Below, piece after piece: positions 8,025-17,871 of a DNA stretch of 64,000 bases. A program made the position numbers and the translations under genes. Below the pieces are notes generated by a model. That model did not search any database and was not told the DNA's origin. It was given only the letters and a program-made list of their open reading frames with translations. The stretch spans positions 27,643-91,642 of the forward strand of contig CAYZTD010000006.1 of the NCBI GenBank assembly GCA_964481275.1, read 5' to 3'. Positions within the stretch are counted from its first letter, which is position 1; the number at the start of each line of letters is the position of its first letter. Source of the DNA: an uncultured Thermoplasmatales archaeon. Its GTDB lineage: Archaea > Thermoplasmatota > E2 > DHVEG-1.

Positions 8025-10708
8025 TGAATGAAAAAAATATCGGTGGAAAAGCATTAAATCTAAATATTCTAACAGAAAACAAAATACCAGTACCAAAATA
8101 TTTTGTAATAAGTACAAACGTATACAAACGATTTCTAAAAGAAAACAAAATCGAAAAAGAAATCAAAGAAATAATAAAAAACATTGATTTCAAAAACAAA
8201 AACAATGTGAGATATAACAGTCAAAAAATAAAGAATCTATTTTTAAAAAATAAAATACCTTATAGGGACAAAGAAAAAATATTAACAATTTTTTCAAAAA
8301 TAAAAAAACAAACAAAAAATGAATATTACGCAGTAAGATCATCAGCTATAGGAGAAGACAGTAGCAAACAATCATTTGCAGGACAGATGGATAGCTTTTT
8401 ATTTATATCAAAAGAAGAAGACATACTTAGATTTATAAAAAAATGCTGGGCATCAGCATACTCCAAAAGAGCACTAACATACAGAAAAATATCAAAAATA
8501 GATCTATCAGATATCTATATTGCAGTAATTATACAAGAAATGATATTTGGAGAGAAATCGGGAGTTGTATTTACCGCAAACCCTTTAAACAACAACCATG
8601 AAGAACTATTGATAAACTCAACATATGGAATAGGAGAAGGAATTGTATTAGGAGAGCTAAACACAGATACCATAGTATATAACAAAAAAATAAACAAATA
8701 TTCTTTCGAAACAGTCGAAAAAAAACATAAAATAGATTTCAACAAAAAAGAAAAGATAGGTACAATAAAAACAGTTATACCAAAAGAAAAACAAAAAAAA
8801 CTAAGTCTCTCAGAAAAAGAAATACAAAAATTAGCAGATTATGCAAAAAAAATAGAGAACATACAAAAAAAACCACAAGACATAGAATGGACCATAAAAA
8901 AAGAAAAAATATACATACTTCAAACAAGACCAATTACAACATTAAAAGAAAAAGATGAAAAAAAGATAATATGGGATAACTCAAACATAATTGAAAGCTT
9001 TCCAGGAATAACAGGACCACTTACTTTTTCATTTGCAAAAACATCCTGGGCAAGTGTCTTCAGACAAACCGCACTTGCAATGGGCGTATCAAAAAAAACA
9101 ATAGAAAAAAATAGTGAACTATTCAACAATATGTTAGGACTGATACATGGACGGGTCTACTACAATCTTATGAACTGGTATAAATTTGTATCATTTTTCC
9201 CTGGATTCAAAAACAATAAAAAATACATGGAACAGATGATGGGGATTAAAAAAAGTCTTAAATTCAAACAAGAAAAAAAAGTATCAACAGAAAAAATCAA
9301 AAATATACCTGGTTTAACAAAACTAATATATGGACTTATAAAAAATCATCTTCTTTTAGATAGGAAAATAAAAAACTTCCACCAAAATTTTGAAAAAAAC
9401 TACAACCAACTCAAAAATTTAAACATCAAAAATAAAAAACCCTGGGAAATAATAGAGATATATAAAACTGCAAAAAATAAACTACTAAATGGTTGGGAAA
9501 TAGAAGGAATAAACGATTATTCAGCTATGTATTTTTATGGGCTTGTAAAAAAACTAACAATAAAATATGATCTAGATAGCACAGGATCACTGCAAAACGA
9601 CCTGTTCTGTGGCGAAAAAGATATGGATAGCACAAAACCCACTAAAGAACTGATAAAACTCTCAGATATAATAAAAAAAGATAAAAAATTAGCAGAATTA
9701 TTTAAACATAAAAACGAAAAAGAAATACTAAACGAAATAAAAAACAACGAAAAGATAAGAGATTTTAAAAATAAATTTGAAAGCTATCTCAAAGAATATG
9801 GTTTTAGATGTATGAGTGAACTAAAACTAGAAGAAAAAAGCCTAATTGATGATCCAAGTTTTCTAATAACAATAATTAAAAATTATCTAAAAAAAGAGAA
9901 TCTAGATTTAGAAAAACTAAACAAAAAAGAATTAGAAAAAAGAAAAAACACAGAAAAAATAATACATAAAAAACTAAGATACAAACCATTCAAAAAACTA
10001 TTTTTCAGATGGGCGCTTAAAAACGCCCGTAAAAGTGTAAAATATCGAGAAAACCTAAGACTATGCAGAACAAAAGTATTTGGAATAGTAAGAGAAGCTT
10101 TTAGAGCAATTGGAAAATATTTTTCAGAACAGAATATAATTGATAAAAAAGAAGATATATTCTATCTTGAAATAGATGAAATATTTAACTTTATAAAAGG
10201 AACAAGTACCACAATAAATCTCAAAAATATTATAAAAACAAGAAGAGAAGAATACAAAAAATTCAAAAAAGAAAAACTTCCAGAAAGATTTACCACCTAT
10301 GGAATAGTAAACAACAAAAATATAGAAAAAATAATCATAGAAAAAGAAAACAAGAATATAACCTCAGACATTTTAAAAGGAATCAGTTGCTGCCCCGGAA
10401 TTGTAAAAAACAAAGCAAGAGTAATTCTTTCACCAGATGACAACGTCGAACTAAATGGAGAAATACTTGTTGCAGATAAAACTGATCCAGGATGGGTGCC
10501 ATTATATCCATCTGTAAGTGGACTTTTAATAGAAAGAGGAAGCGTGCTTTCCCATAGCGCAATTGTAGCAAGAGAACTAGGGCTTCCAACGATAGTAGGA
10601 ATAAGAGGTCTCACCTCAAAAATAAAAGACGGGGAAATCATAAAAATGGATGCAGAGAAAGGGATAGTATATCTAAAACCAGAAAAAAAAGAGGAAAACA
10701 AAAAATGA
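8024..10708 (+). CDS. PEP-utilising phosphotransferase, rifampicin-phosphotransferase-like (ATP-grasp + swivelling His domain, no TIM barrel)
   Basis: N-terminal GGKALNLNIL, AVRSSAIGEDS and QDIEWT...ILQTRPIT are PPDK_N-type ATP-grasp motifs. C-terminal GISCCPG...TDPGWVPLYPSVSGLLIERGSVLSHSAIVARELGLPTIVG is the mobile His domain. TAATG overlap at 8022-8026. Confidence 0.85.
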   Translation: MNEKNIGGKALNLNILTENKIPVPKYFVISTNVYKRFLKENKIEKEIKEIIKNIDFKNKNNVRYNSQKIKNLFLKNKIPYRDKEKILTIFSKIKKQTKNEYYAVRSSAIGEDSSKQSFAGQMDSFLFISKEEDILRFIKKCWASAYSKRALTYRKISKIDLSDIYIAVIIQEMIFGEKSGVVFTANPLNNNHEELLINSTYGIGEGIVLGELNTDTIVYNKKINKYSFETVEKKHKIDFNKKEKIGTIKTVIPKEKQKKLSLSEKEIQKLADYAKKIENIQKKPQDIEWTIKKEKIYILQTRPITTLKEKDEKKIIWDNSNIIESFPGITGPLTFSFAKTSWASVFRQTALAMGVSKKTIEKNSELFNNMLGLIHGRVYYNLMNWYKFVSFFPGFKNNKKYMEQMMGIKKSLKFKQEKKVSTEKIKNIPGLTKLIYGLIKNHLLLDRKIKNFHQNFEKNYNQLKNLNIKNKKPWEIIEIYKTAKNKLLNGWEIEGINDYSAMYFYGLVKKLTIKYDLDSTGSLQNDLFCGEKDMDSTKPTKELIKLSDIIKKDKKLAELFKHKNEKEILNEIKNNEKIRDFKNKFESYLKEYGFRCMSELKLEEKSLIDDPSFLITIIKNYLKKENLDLEKLNKKELEKRKNTEKIIHKKLRYKPFKKLFFRWALKNARKSVKYRENLRLCRTKVFGIVREAFRAIGKYFSEQNIIDKKEDIFYLEIDEIFNFIKGTSTTINLKNIIKTRREEYKKFKKEKLPERFTTYGIVNNKNIEKIIIEKENKNITSDILKGISCCPGIVKNKARVILSPDDNVELNGEILVADKTDPGWVPLYPSVSGLLIERGSVLSHSAIVARELGLPTIVGIRGLTSKIKDGEIIKMDAEKGIVYLKPEKKEENKK

Positions 10709-11802
10709 AAACATGTGAAAACTGTGTATTAAATGAAAAATATCCTCATATAAATTTCAATAAAAAAAATATATGTAATTACTGCACAAACTATGAAAAA
10801 TACAAAGATAAAATTGAAGACAAAAAACATTTAAAAAAACTATTTGAAAAAAGAATAGAAAAAATCAAAGGGCAAAACAAATACGATTGTCTTATAGGAA
10901 TAAGTGGTGGAAAAGATAGTTCATATGTATTACATATTCTAAAAAACAAATACAATCTAAATGTGCTGACATATACTTTTGACAATGGTTTTTTATCAGA
11001 TTATGCAAAAAATAATATTAAAAATCTTGTAGAGAAAATAGGTGTAGATCATTTTTTTCATAAAGCAGAATGGGATTTTCAAAAAAATTTATATAAAAAA
11101 TTTATGGAAACAAAAGGGATCCCATGTAAAGGATGCTCTCTTGGCGCATATGGAACAAGTTTTAAATTTGCATTTGAAAAAAATATACCGTTTGTAATAC
11201 ATGGTAGAACACTTTCACAAATTTTTAGAGAATTTGTACCAGAGAGTACAGATCCAACAATCCCTTTTATAAAAAATAATCTACAAGAATATAACAAAGA
11301 AAAACAGATAGAAACCTTAATCACTGTAGCAGATAGACTTATGAATCTAACCTCAGGAATTGGAAAAAATAATGAAGAACTATTAAACAAACTCTTGAAA
11401 GAATTCTTTCCAGATGTATCAGAATTATTAACTTCAGATATGATACCTGAATTTCTAGGATTTTTCCTATACTATCCTTATAACGAAAAAAATATAAAAA
11501 ATGTTTTAGAAAAAGAATTGAAATGGACAAGACCAAAAAAAGACAAAACTTTTTCACATGCAGATTGTCTGATACATGATGCAGTAGAATATATAAGATA
11601 CAAAAAATTTGGTTACACAATAATTGAACCAGAGATAAGTGTATTGATAAGACAAAACAAAATAACAAAAGAAAAAGCTCTAAAAAGAATAAAAGCAGAA
11701 CAAAAAGATATCTCAGAGCCAAAAGAATCCCTAAAAATACTATGTAAGAAACTTAACCTAGATTATAAAAAATTCAAAAAGAATCTAGAAAAAACAAATT
11801 GA
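10705..11802 (+). CDS. PP-loop ATPase, N-acetyl-sugar amidotransferase family (WbpG/WbuX-like)
   Basis: N-terminal CENC...PHINFNKKNICNYC zinc-ribbon pattern followed by the PP-loop ISGGKDSSY. ATGA overlap with the upstream gene at 10705-10708. Confidence 0.8.
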   Translation: MKTCENCVLNEKYPHINFNKKNICNYCTNYEKYKDKIEDKKHLKKLFEKRIEKIKGQNKYDCLIGISGGKDSSYVLHILKNKYNLNVLTYTFDNGFLSDYAKNNIKNLVEKIGVDHFFHKAEWDFQKNLYKKFMETKGIPCKGCSLGAYGTSFKFAFEKNIPFVIHGRTLSQIFREFVPESTDPTIPFIKNNLQEYNKEKQIETLITVADRLMNLTSGIGKNNEELLNKLLKEFFPDVSELLTSDMIPEFLGFFLYYPYNEKNIKNVLEKELKWTRPKKDKTFSHADCLIHDAVEYIRYKKFGYTIIEPEISVLIRQNKITKEKALKRIKAEQKDISEPKESLKILCKKLNLDYKKFKKNLEKTN

Positions 11803-11807
11803 TTGAT

Positions 11808-13403
11808 ATGGTAAAAAAATTTGATATCTTCACAGAAATCAAAAAAAATTTGAAAGAAACAGAAAAACAAAAAGCATTAATCTACAAACATAAAAATAAA
11901 TACAAATCAATAACCTACAAAGAATTCAACGAAAAAGCAGCAATTCTTGCAGCAAATCTCAAAAAAAAAGGAATAAAACCTGGCGACAGAATAGTAGTAA
12001 TGATACCTATCTCACTTAGTCTATATATCATTATTTTTGCATTGATAAAACTTGGAGCAGTAATTGTTTTTATAGACCCATGGATTGGGATAAAAAAAAT
12101 AAAAGAAAGCTGCAAGATATCCAGACCAAAAGGATTCATAGGAAATATTAAAGCAAATACATTACGCATTTTATCAAAAACATTTAGAAAGATACCTATA
12201 AAAATGACTGTAACAAAAACAAATGCCGAATTTTTAGAAACAATAAATAGGTTAGATTCAAATAAAAAAATCAAAACAAAAAACTATTACAAATCAGACT
12301 CTTTAATGTTTATCAGATTTACAACAGGTAGTACAGGTAAACCAAAAGGGGTTGAAAGAACCTATGGTTTTACTTGTAAAATGATAGAAGCAATAAATGA
12401 TTTTTTTCCTATAAAAAAAGCAGATGTAGATCTAACGACTTTTCCATTAAATCTGTTTTATGATTTAACAATGGGAGCAACAGCGTTGATACCATCTATC
12501 TCCTATGGTAGAATCAAAAAAATCAAGACTGAAGAATGTATAGAACAAATAGTAAAATGCAATGTTACAACTTTGTCAGGTTCACCATTTTTTTTAAAAG
12601 AAATAATAAACAAATGTCAAGATAAAAACATCAAACTAAAAAACCTAAGATTTGTCTTTACTGGTGGAGGACCCACATCAATAAATCTAATTAAACAAAT
12701 GAAAAAAACATTTCCAAAAGCAGAGATAAAAATAGTATACGGATCAACAGAATCATTTCCCATAGCATGGATAGATATAAAAGAAATAATATCAAAACTA
12801 GAAAAACAAACAATGAAAGGAAAGGGAATATGTCTAGGGAAAACACACAAAAATATTAACGTAAAAATAATAAAACCTACAGATCAAAAAATAAAAATCG
12901 AAACAGAAAAAGACTGGGAAAGTATATTACTAAAAAAACATGAAATAGGTGAAATAATAGTTACAGGCCCCCATGTTATAAAAAAATACCATGAAGAAAA
13001 AAACATGTTATTTGAAAAAAACAAAATAATTGACAATAGTAAAAATATCTGGCATAGAACAGGTGATGCAGGATATTTAGATGGAAAAAATAGGATATGG
13101 TTAGTAGGACGAAAAACAAATATTTTTAAAATAAAAAACAAAAAAATGGCCTCACTAATGTTTGAATATGTATTTGACACGATACCAGAAATAGAAAAAA
13201 CAGCTGTTATAAAAAATAATAAACTAATGATTCTAATCCAAGTAAAAAAAGATTCTATGAAAAAAAATATAGAAAAAAGAGTGGAAAAAATCTGTAAAAC
13301 AAATAATTTTCCAATAGAAAAAATATCCTTTATAGATAAAATACCCTTAGATGAAAGACACAACACAAAAGTTGATTATAAAAAACTAAAAAAACAGTTA
13401 TAA
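11808..13403 (+). CDS. AMP-dependent synthetase/ligase (ANL superfamily, acyl-adenylate forming)
   Basis: FTTGSTGKPKGV (A3 motif), YGSTE, and TGDAGYLD...LVGR. The track start 11799 is TTG, so ATG at 11808 is preferred. Confidence 0.85.
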   Translation: MVKKFDIFTEIKKNLKETEKQKALIYKHKNKYKSITYKEFNEKAAILAANLKKKGIKPGDRIVVMIPISLSLYIIIFALIKLGAVIVFIDPWIGIKKIKESCKISRPKGFIGNIKANTLRILSKTFRKIPIKMTVTKTNAEFLETINRLDSNKKIKTKNYYKSDSLMFIRFTTGSTGKPKGVERTYGFTCKMIEAINDFFPIKKADVDLTTFPLNLFYDLTMGATALIPSISYGRIKKIKTEECIEQIVKCNVTTLSGSPFFLKEIINKCQDKNIKLKNLRFVFTGGGPTSINLIKQMKKTFPKAEIKIVYGSTESFPIAWIDIKEIISKLEKQTMKGKGICLGKTHKNINVKIIKPTDQKIKIETEKDWESILLKKHEIGEIIVTGPHVIKKYHEEKNMLFEKNKIIDNSKNIWHRTGDAGYLDGKNRIWLVGRKTNIFKIKNKKMASLMFEYVFDTIPEIEKTAVIKNNKLMILIQVKKDSMKKNIEKRVEKICKTNNFPIEKISFIDKIPLDERHNTKVDYKKLKKQL

Positions 13404-14339
13404 ATTCTTATAAAATAAAGCATAATTTTTAAAATTTTTATCTTTTTTCTCTCTAAGTTTTTTAACTATATTATCAGTATATGTAAGATGATGTAAAACA
13501 AAATCACAATTATTTTCTATAGCTGTTTTATGTATCATATATCTAAAAGCAGAGCCAATACCTTTATTTTGAAAAGATTTTTTGATACCGATTGTCTTCC
13601 AAACCCAAATATTATCACCATATGGATTTTTAAAGTTAAAAGTAAAACCAACTGGTTCTTTTTTATAAAAACACATATCTACAACAGGGCTCAGTTTAAC
13701 TTTTTTGTTAAAACCTGAGACATATATTTTCTTAAAATCCTTGTAAGAAATAGGGGAGTACAAGGGGTTTTCTGTAAATGAATTCATAGATATTTTGTAT
13801 ATATCGTGTAAGGCAAAATAAATCTTAAAACCTTTATATATTTTAAAAGAGTAGCCCTTTTTAAGAATTTTTTTATATTTTTCTCTGTAATATTTAGCTT
13901 TTGAATCATAAGATTGAACTAAAGTACTACAATAATTTTTATATTCTTTATAATCTAATTTTTTTGCAATCTCTGGAAAATATTTTGGATTAGAAGGTTC
14001 ATTATAAATCTTAGTTTCTTCAAATCCTTTTATCATCCATCGATAAGAAAACCATGTACTATAATTAATAGGACCAACTAATTTTTTACCTGAAAAACTT
14101 TTTGCAGAATTCTCCATCTTTGTAAAAAGATTTCTTGCAACTACTAAATCATTTGGAAAATTAATAAAGCCAAATAACACAATGTTTTCAGAGATCTCAG
14201 GATTTTTCATTAAAACACAATAAGAGTTTTTTGTATTTTCAATATATTTCCATCTATTAAAATCTAAATTTTTTAATATAGAAGTTTCATTACCCCAATT
14301 TTTCTTTAATTTGTCTTTAATTTGTTTTATATCTTTCAT
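13398..14339 (-). CDS. GNAT-like acyltransferase domain protein
   Basis: The C-terminal part contains WKTIGIKKSFQNKGIGSAFRY, a Q/RxxGxG/A acetyl-CoA-binding-type motif. The N-terminal 200 aa are not recognisable. Last gene of a minus-strand string. Confidence 0.5.
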   Translation of the reverse strand: MKDIKQIKDKLKKNWGNETSILKNLDFNRWKYIENTKNSYCVLMKNPEISENIVLFGFINFPNDLVVARNLFTKMENSAKSFSGKKLVGPINYSTWFSYRWMIKGFEETKIYNEPSNPKYFPEIAKKLDYKEYKNYCSTLVQSYDSKAKYYREKYKKILKKGYSFKIYKGFKIYFALHDIYKISMNSFTENPLYSPISYKDFKKIYVSGFNKKVKLSPVVDMCFYKKEPVGFTFNFKNPYGDNIWVWKTIGIKKSFQNKGIGSAFRYMIHKTAIENNCDFVLHHLTYTDNIVKKLREKKDKNFKNYALFYKNL

Positions 14340-14359
14340 ATGTGTTTCCTAAAAAAAAC

Positions 14360-15964
14360 TTAATAATAAAAAAATTCCCCTTGAGATGTTTCGGTATCAA
14401 CTAATTTTCCATCTAAATATATTCTGGTATCAAAAATACAAGTTATACCTCTTGGTACAGACATAGTTAACATTACTTTTTCTTTCATAAAAGCTTCAAC
14501 ATCATCTATATCCTTTATCATTACATCTATCTCAAGATCATCTTTTGTATAAAAAATACCTTTTAATTTCAGATTTTCAGCTTTTTTCCTTCCAAGATTT
14601 TCAATGTAAACAAGCACTTTTAGTAATACTTTACCAGAAGAATCTGTATAAATAACAGATGAATTATCTCTCCAATGGTGATAGATTAAAGGTCTTGAGT
14701 TAATAGGATATACATCAATACTACTAGGATTTCTATAATCTTTATGGACAAAACCTAGTTTAATATCTGGAGATGTATCAAGAAAATAATAGTTATCAAC
14801 ATAATAATCATATTCGTGTAGTATAATATCACCTAAATTAACACCTGTTGCCATATGATCAGGTATACGTATCAAAGAAACATTATAACCCATCTCATCT
14901 AGAATACTTGCAGTAAGAATTGCTTTATCCTCGCAATCACCACCGCCCTGACCATCATTGTTAAATAAAGTATCAGCAGGATATTGGGGATCTTCAATTT
15001 CATTACCTTCTTCATCTAGATCAGGCCGGTATTTTAGATTTTGAACAAAACTTGCGATACTATTTATCTTTTCTGAATCTAATAGATCATCAAAAAATTC
15101 ACTAAACCTCACAGTAGAAATAATTTCATCTTTAACAAAATCAACAAAATCATCATCATATCTGTCAAAAATAAAGGCTGCATAATCCTCCAAATATAGA
15201 TCCTTGTTATCATAATAGTTATACATAAAATCAACAACAGGGAGAGTTAATGTTTCATCCAGGCCTTTATTATATCTTGTTGTTTCTAATATTTTCACAT
15301 TATTAAAACTCAAATTTTGTTTAACCAATAAGACATTGTTTACATCTTTTATCGTTAGTTCAAATAGATCATTATCCTTAATATCCTCAACATATACAAA
15401 AAAATTAGTAGTTTGATTTGAGTAAGGCAAAATAGAAACAGGTAAAATATAGCTTTCATATAGATTATCATTATAGTTTATTTTAGACAAAAAAGGATAA
15501 ACAGGAGTATCACCATTATTATAGAAATCAAGTTCAATACCCACCAATGATTTAGTACTTGATTTTTCCCATATTTTTAACTCATATGAATTTATATCCA
15601 AATTAGGTCCACCAAAAGAAAAAGTTTTTTCTTTGATTAGATTATTATCTCTATCAAAAGCTTTCAAGATTATGTCTTCTGAATAAATTGTTTCTCGATA
15701 TGAACCAAATTTTAATGTTGCATTATCATCTCCATAAAAATATTCCTCATCAATTTTTTCTGATTTTGAATTATATGTTTCAAGAGTGATCATGCTATTG
15801 TATCGAAACTTAATATATAACGAAGGAAAACCTTCGTCATCGATTACAGTCCATGAGCTAATCGAATAGTTTACTCCAGATATAACATCTTCAAAAATAC
15901 AACCTGAAAAACAACTAAAAACAAAGATTGAAATTAAAAAACTTGTAATTATTTTTTTGTTCAT
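14360..15964 (-). CDS. transglutaminase-like (Cys-His-Asp) domain lipoprotein
   Basis: Signal peptide with lipobox FSGC. Core is GGGDCEDKAILTASIL ... IPDHMATGV ... FLDTS, matching the C/H/D spacing of transglutaminase-like cysteine proteases. Confidence 0.7.
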   Translation of the reverse strand: MNKKIITSFLISIFVFSCFSGCIFEDVISGVNYSISSWTVIDDEGFPSLYIKFRYNSMITLETYNSKSEKIDEEYFYGDDNATLKFGSYRETIYSEDIILKAFDRDNNLIKEKTFSFGGPNLDINSYELKIWEKSSTKSLVGIELDFYNNGDTPVYPFLSKINYNDNLYESYILPVSILPYSNQTTNFFVYVEDIKDNDLFELTIKDVNNVLLVKQNLSFNNVKILETTRYNKGLDETLTLPVVDFMYNYYDNKDLYLEDYAAFIFDRYDDDFVDFVKDEIISTVRFSEFFDDLLDSEKINSIASFVQNLKYRPDLDEEGNEIEDPQYPADTLFNNDGQGGGDCEDKAILTASILDEMGYNVSLIRIPDHMATGVNLGDIILHEYDYYVDNYYFLDTSPDIKLGFVHKDYRNPSSIDVYPINSRPLIYHHWRDNSSVIYTDSSGKVLLKVLVYIENLGRKKAENLKLKGIFYTKDDLEIDVMIKDIDDVEAFMKEKVMLTMSVPRGITCIFDTRIYLDGKLVDTETSQGEFFYY

Positions 15965-15969
15965 CAGAA

Positions 15970-17202
15970 TTATAAAACAGCTTTTGTTTTTTCAAGTTTG
16001 TTCTTTATTACAGTACCAAGTCTTTTCATACCTTCCTTTATTTTTTCATTAGAAGAATAAGAAAAGTTTAGCCTCATGCTTCTTTCTCCGCCACCATCTA
16101 CATGAAATGCTTTGCCGTGTACATATGCTACTTTTTCTTTTATTGAATCTAAAAACATAACTTCGGTATCAATCCCTTCAGGTAGTGTAACCCAAGCAAA
16201 CATTCCACCTTTTGGTTTATGACATACATAACCTTCAGGGAAATACTCCTGCATATATTTCATCATTAGATCTCTTTTTGGTTTATACATCTCACAGATT
16301 TTCATAGTATGTAGATCAAGAGATCCTCTTTTCATAAATTCATTTGCTAGATATTGTGTGAAAGTATTAGTACATAGATCAAGGGCTTGCTTACATATAA
16401 CTATTTTTCTTGTAATCTCTGGGGAAGCTATGGCCCATGCAAGTCTAAATCCAGGAGATAATATCTTTGAAAAAGTAGACATATAAATTACCCTTCCTTC
16501 ATCATCAAATGACTTTATTGGTTTTATATGTGGTACATCATATCTTAGTTTACCATAAGGATCATCTTCTACTATAACTAAATCATATTCATTTGCGATA
16601 TTTATTAGTTTTTTTCTTCTTTTCTCAGGCATGATTACACCTGCAGGATTTTGAAAAGTAGGAACAACGTATATGAACTTAGGAATGATGTCGTCTTTCA
16701 ACAATTTTTTTATCTTATCCTCAAGGATATCAACTCTCATTCCTTCTCCATCAAGAGGCACACCTTCTAGATTTGATTCATAACTTCTAAAAGCATTTAT
16801 TCCCCCCAAATAGGTTGGAAGACCAACAAGTGCTGTGTCACCAGGGTTCAAAAATAATTTACCTATTATGTCTAAAGCCTGCTGAGAACCACTTGTAATG
16901 ATTATTTGATCTTCAGATGCATCTATGCCATCTTTTGCCGCTCTTTCAGCTAGAGCTTCTCTTAGATGTATATATCCCTGAGTTGTACCATACTGTAGAG
17001 CTTCCTGTCCTTTATTCTCCATAACATAATCAAAAACGCCTTCTATATCTTCTATGGGAAACGATTTTGGATTAGGTAGACCTCCAGCAAAAGAGATAAT
17101 CTCTGGATCCTGGGTTACTTTAAGTAATTCTCTGATTACAGATTTTCTCATTTTTCCGGCTCTATCAGAGTATAATCTATTTATATCTGAAATAAAAACC
17201 AC
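15970..17202 (-). CDS. PLP-dependent aminotransferase, class I/II (2-aminoadipate/aromatic aminotransferase-like)
   Basis: SVIRELLKV...ISFAGGLPNP near the N-terminus and the STFSKILSPGFRLAW PLP-lysine motif. GTG start at 17202. Confidence 0.9.
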   Translation of the reverse strand: MVFISDINRLYSDRAGKMRKSVIRELLKVTQDPEIISFAGGLPNPKSFPIEDIEGVFDYVMENKGQEALQYGTTQGYIHLREALAERAAKDGIDASEDQIIITSGSQQALDIIGKLFLNPGDTALVGLPTYLGGINAFRSYESNLEGVPLDGEGMRVDILEDKIKKLLKDDIIPKFIYVVPTFQNPAGVIMPEKRRKKLINIANEYDLVIVEDDPYGKLRYDVPHIKPIKSFDDEGRVIYMSTFSKILSPGFRLAWAIASPEITRKIVICKQALDLCTNTFTQYLANEFMKRGSLDLHTMKICEMYKPKRDLMMKYMQEYFPEGYVCHKPKGGMFAWVTLPEGIDTEVMFLDSIKEKVAYVHGKAFHVDGGGERSMRLNFSYSSNEKIKEGMKRLGTVIKNKLEKTKAVL

Positions 17203-17323
17203 CGTTGTGGGAAATAAAATATTGTTTTATATGTATTTCGTAAAAAATTTTATAAGCTTTAACTAAATAATCCCAAATATATTTAAAAAATTTGTAGACC
17301 TTTTTAATTTTGATAGGTAATAA

Positions 17324-17512
17324 CTATTTTTCTTTTTCAAGAGAAAACAATGGTTTCAAATGCTTATCAAAAGCAGGCATATCTTCAATAGTATCTCTAC
17401 AGATATTAAATCTTTGCATAATATGTAAAGCAAGCTCTTCATCAGATGAAAAATCTACATCTTCAAACATTGTAGTTATTTCATCCTTTTTATTAGAAAT
17501 TTTAACAACCAT
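17324..17512 (-). CDS. hypothetical small acidic protein
   Basis: 62-aa ORF with protein-like composition, preferred over the overlapping plus-strand 71-aa ORF, which is S/I/L rich. No recognisable SD. Confidence 0.3.
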   Translation of the reverse strand: MVVKISNKKDEITTMFEDVDFSSDEELALHIMQRFNICRDTIEDMPAFDKHLKPLFSLEKEK

Positions 17513-17871
17513 ATATAATCAGTAATTTAATAATTTGGATTATATTTATAAGCTTTTGCATTAGATATATAAAGATTTTTATAGATAAATAAAAAAAAAG
17601 GGATTATATTGCTCCAGTAATCTGGATGAATAACATTAAAATTATTACTACTGAAATAAAACAAACGCTTAAGACATCTTCTTTTTTATTATCGCTAATG
17701 TATATCCCGTCCCTATTTAGTTTATAAAAACATTATTTATGTATCTTTTTTGTAGGTGTATATGCAACTATATATTCATCTGTTAAAAAAGAAGAGTAAT
17801 ACTAGTAAAACTCGAAATATTTATATTATACCTAAAGCTACAAGATAAAAAATAAGAAAGGGGCAAAAAAG

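Noticed and set aside
8515-13366. Numerous 60-160-aa minus-strand ORFs (e.g. 10297-10701, 11339-11722, 11915-12274, 12884-13366) across the six-gene operon
   Set aside because: All are antisense to ORFs with clear family motifs. They are F/L/S/I-rich products of the T-rich complement of an A-rich coding strand.
17590-17730. Minus-strand frame encoding a hydrophobic peptide (..SVCFISVVIILMLFIQITGAI)
   Set aside because: There is no usable start codon upstream of the hydrophobic segment in that frame, so it is probably non-coding spacer.
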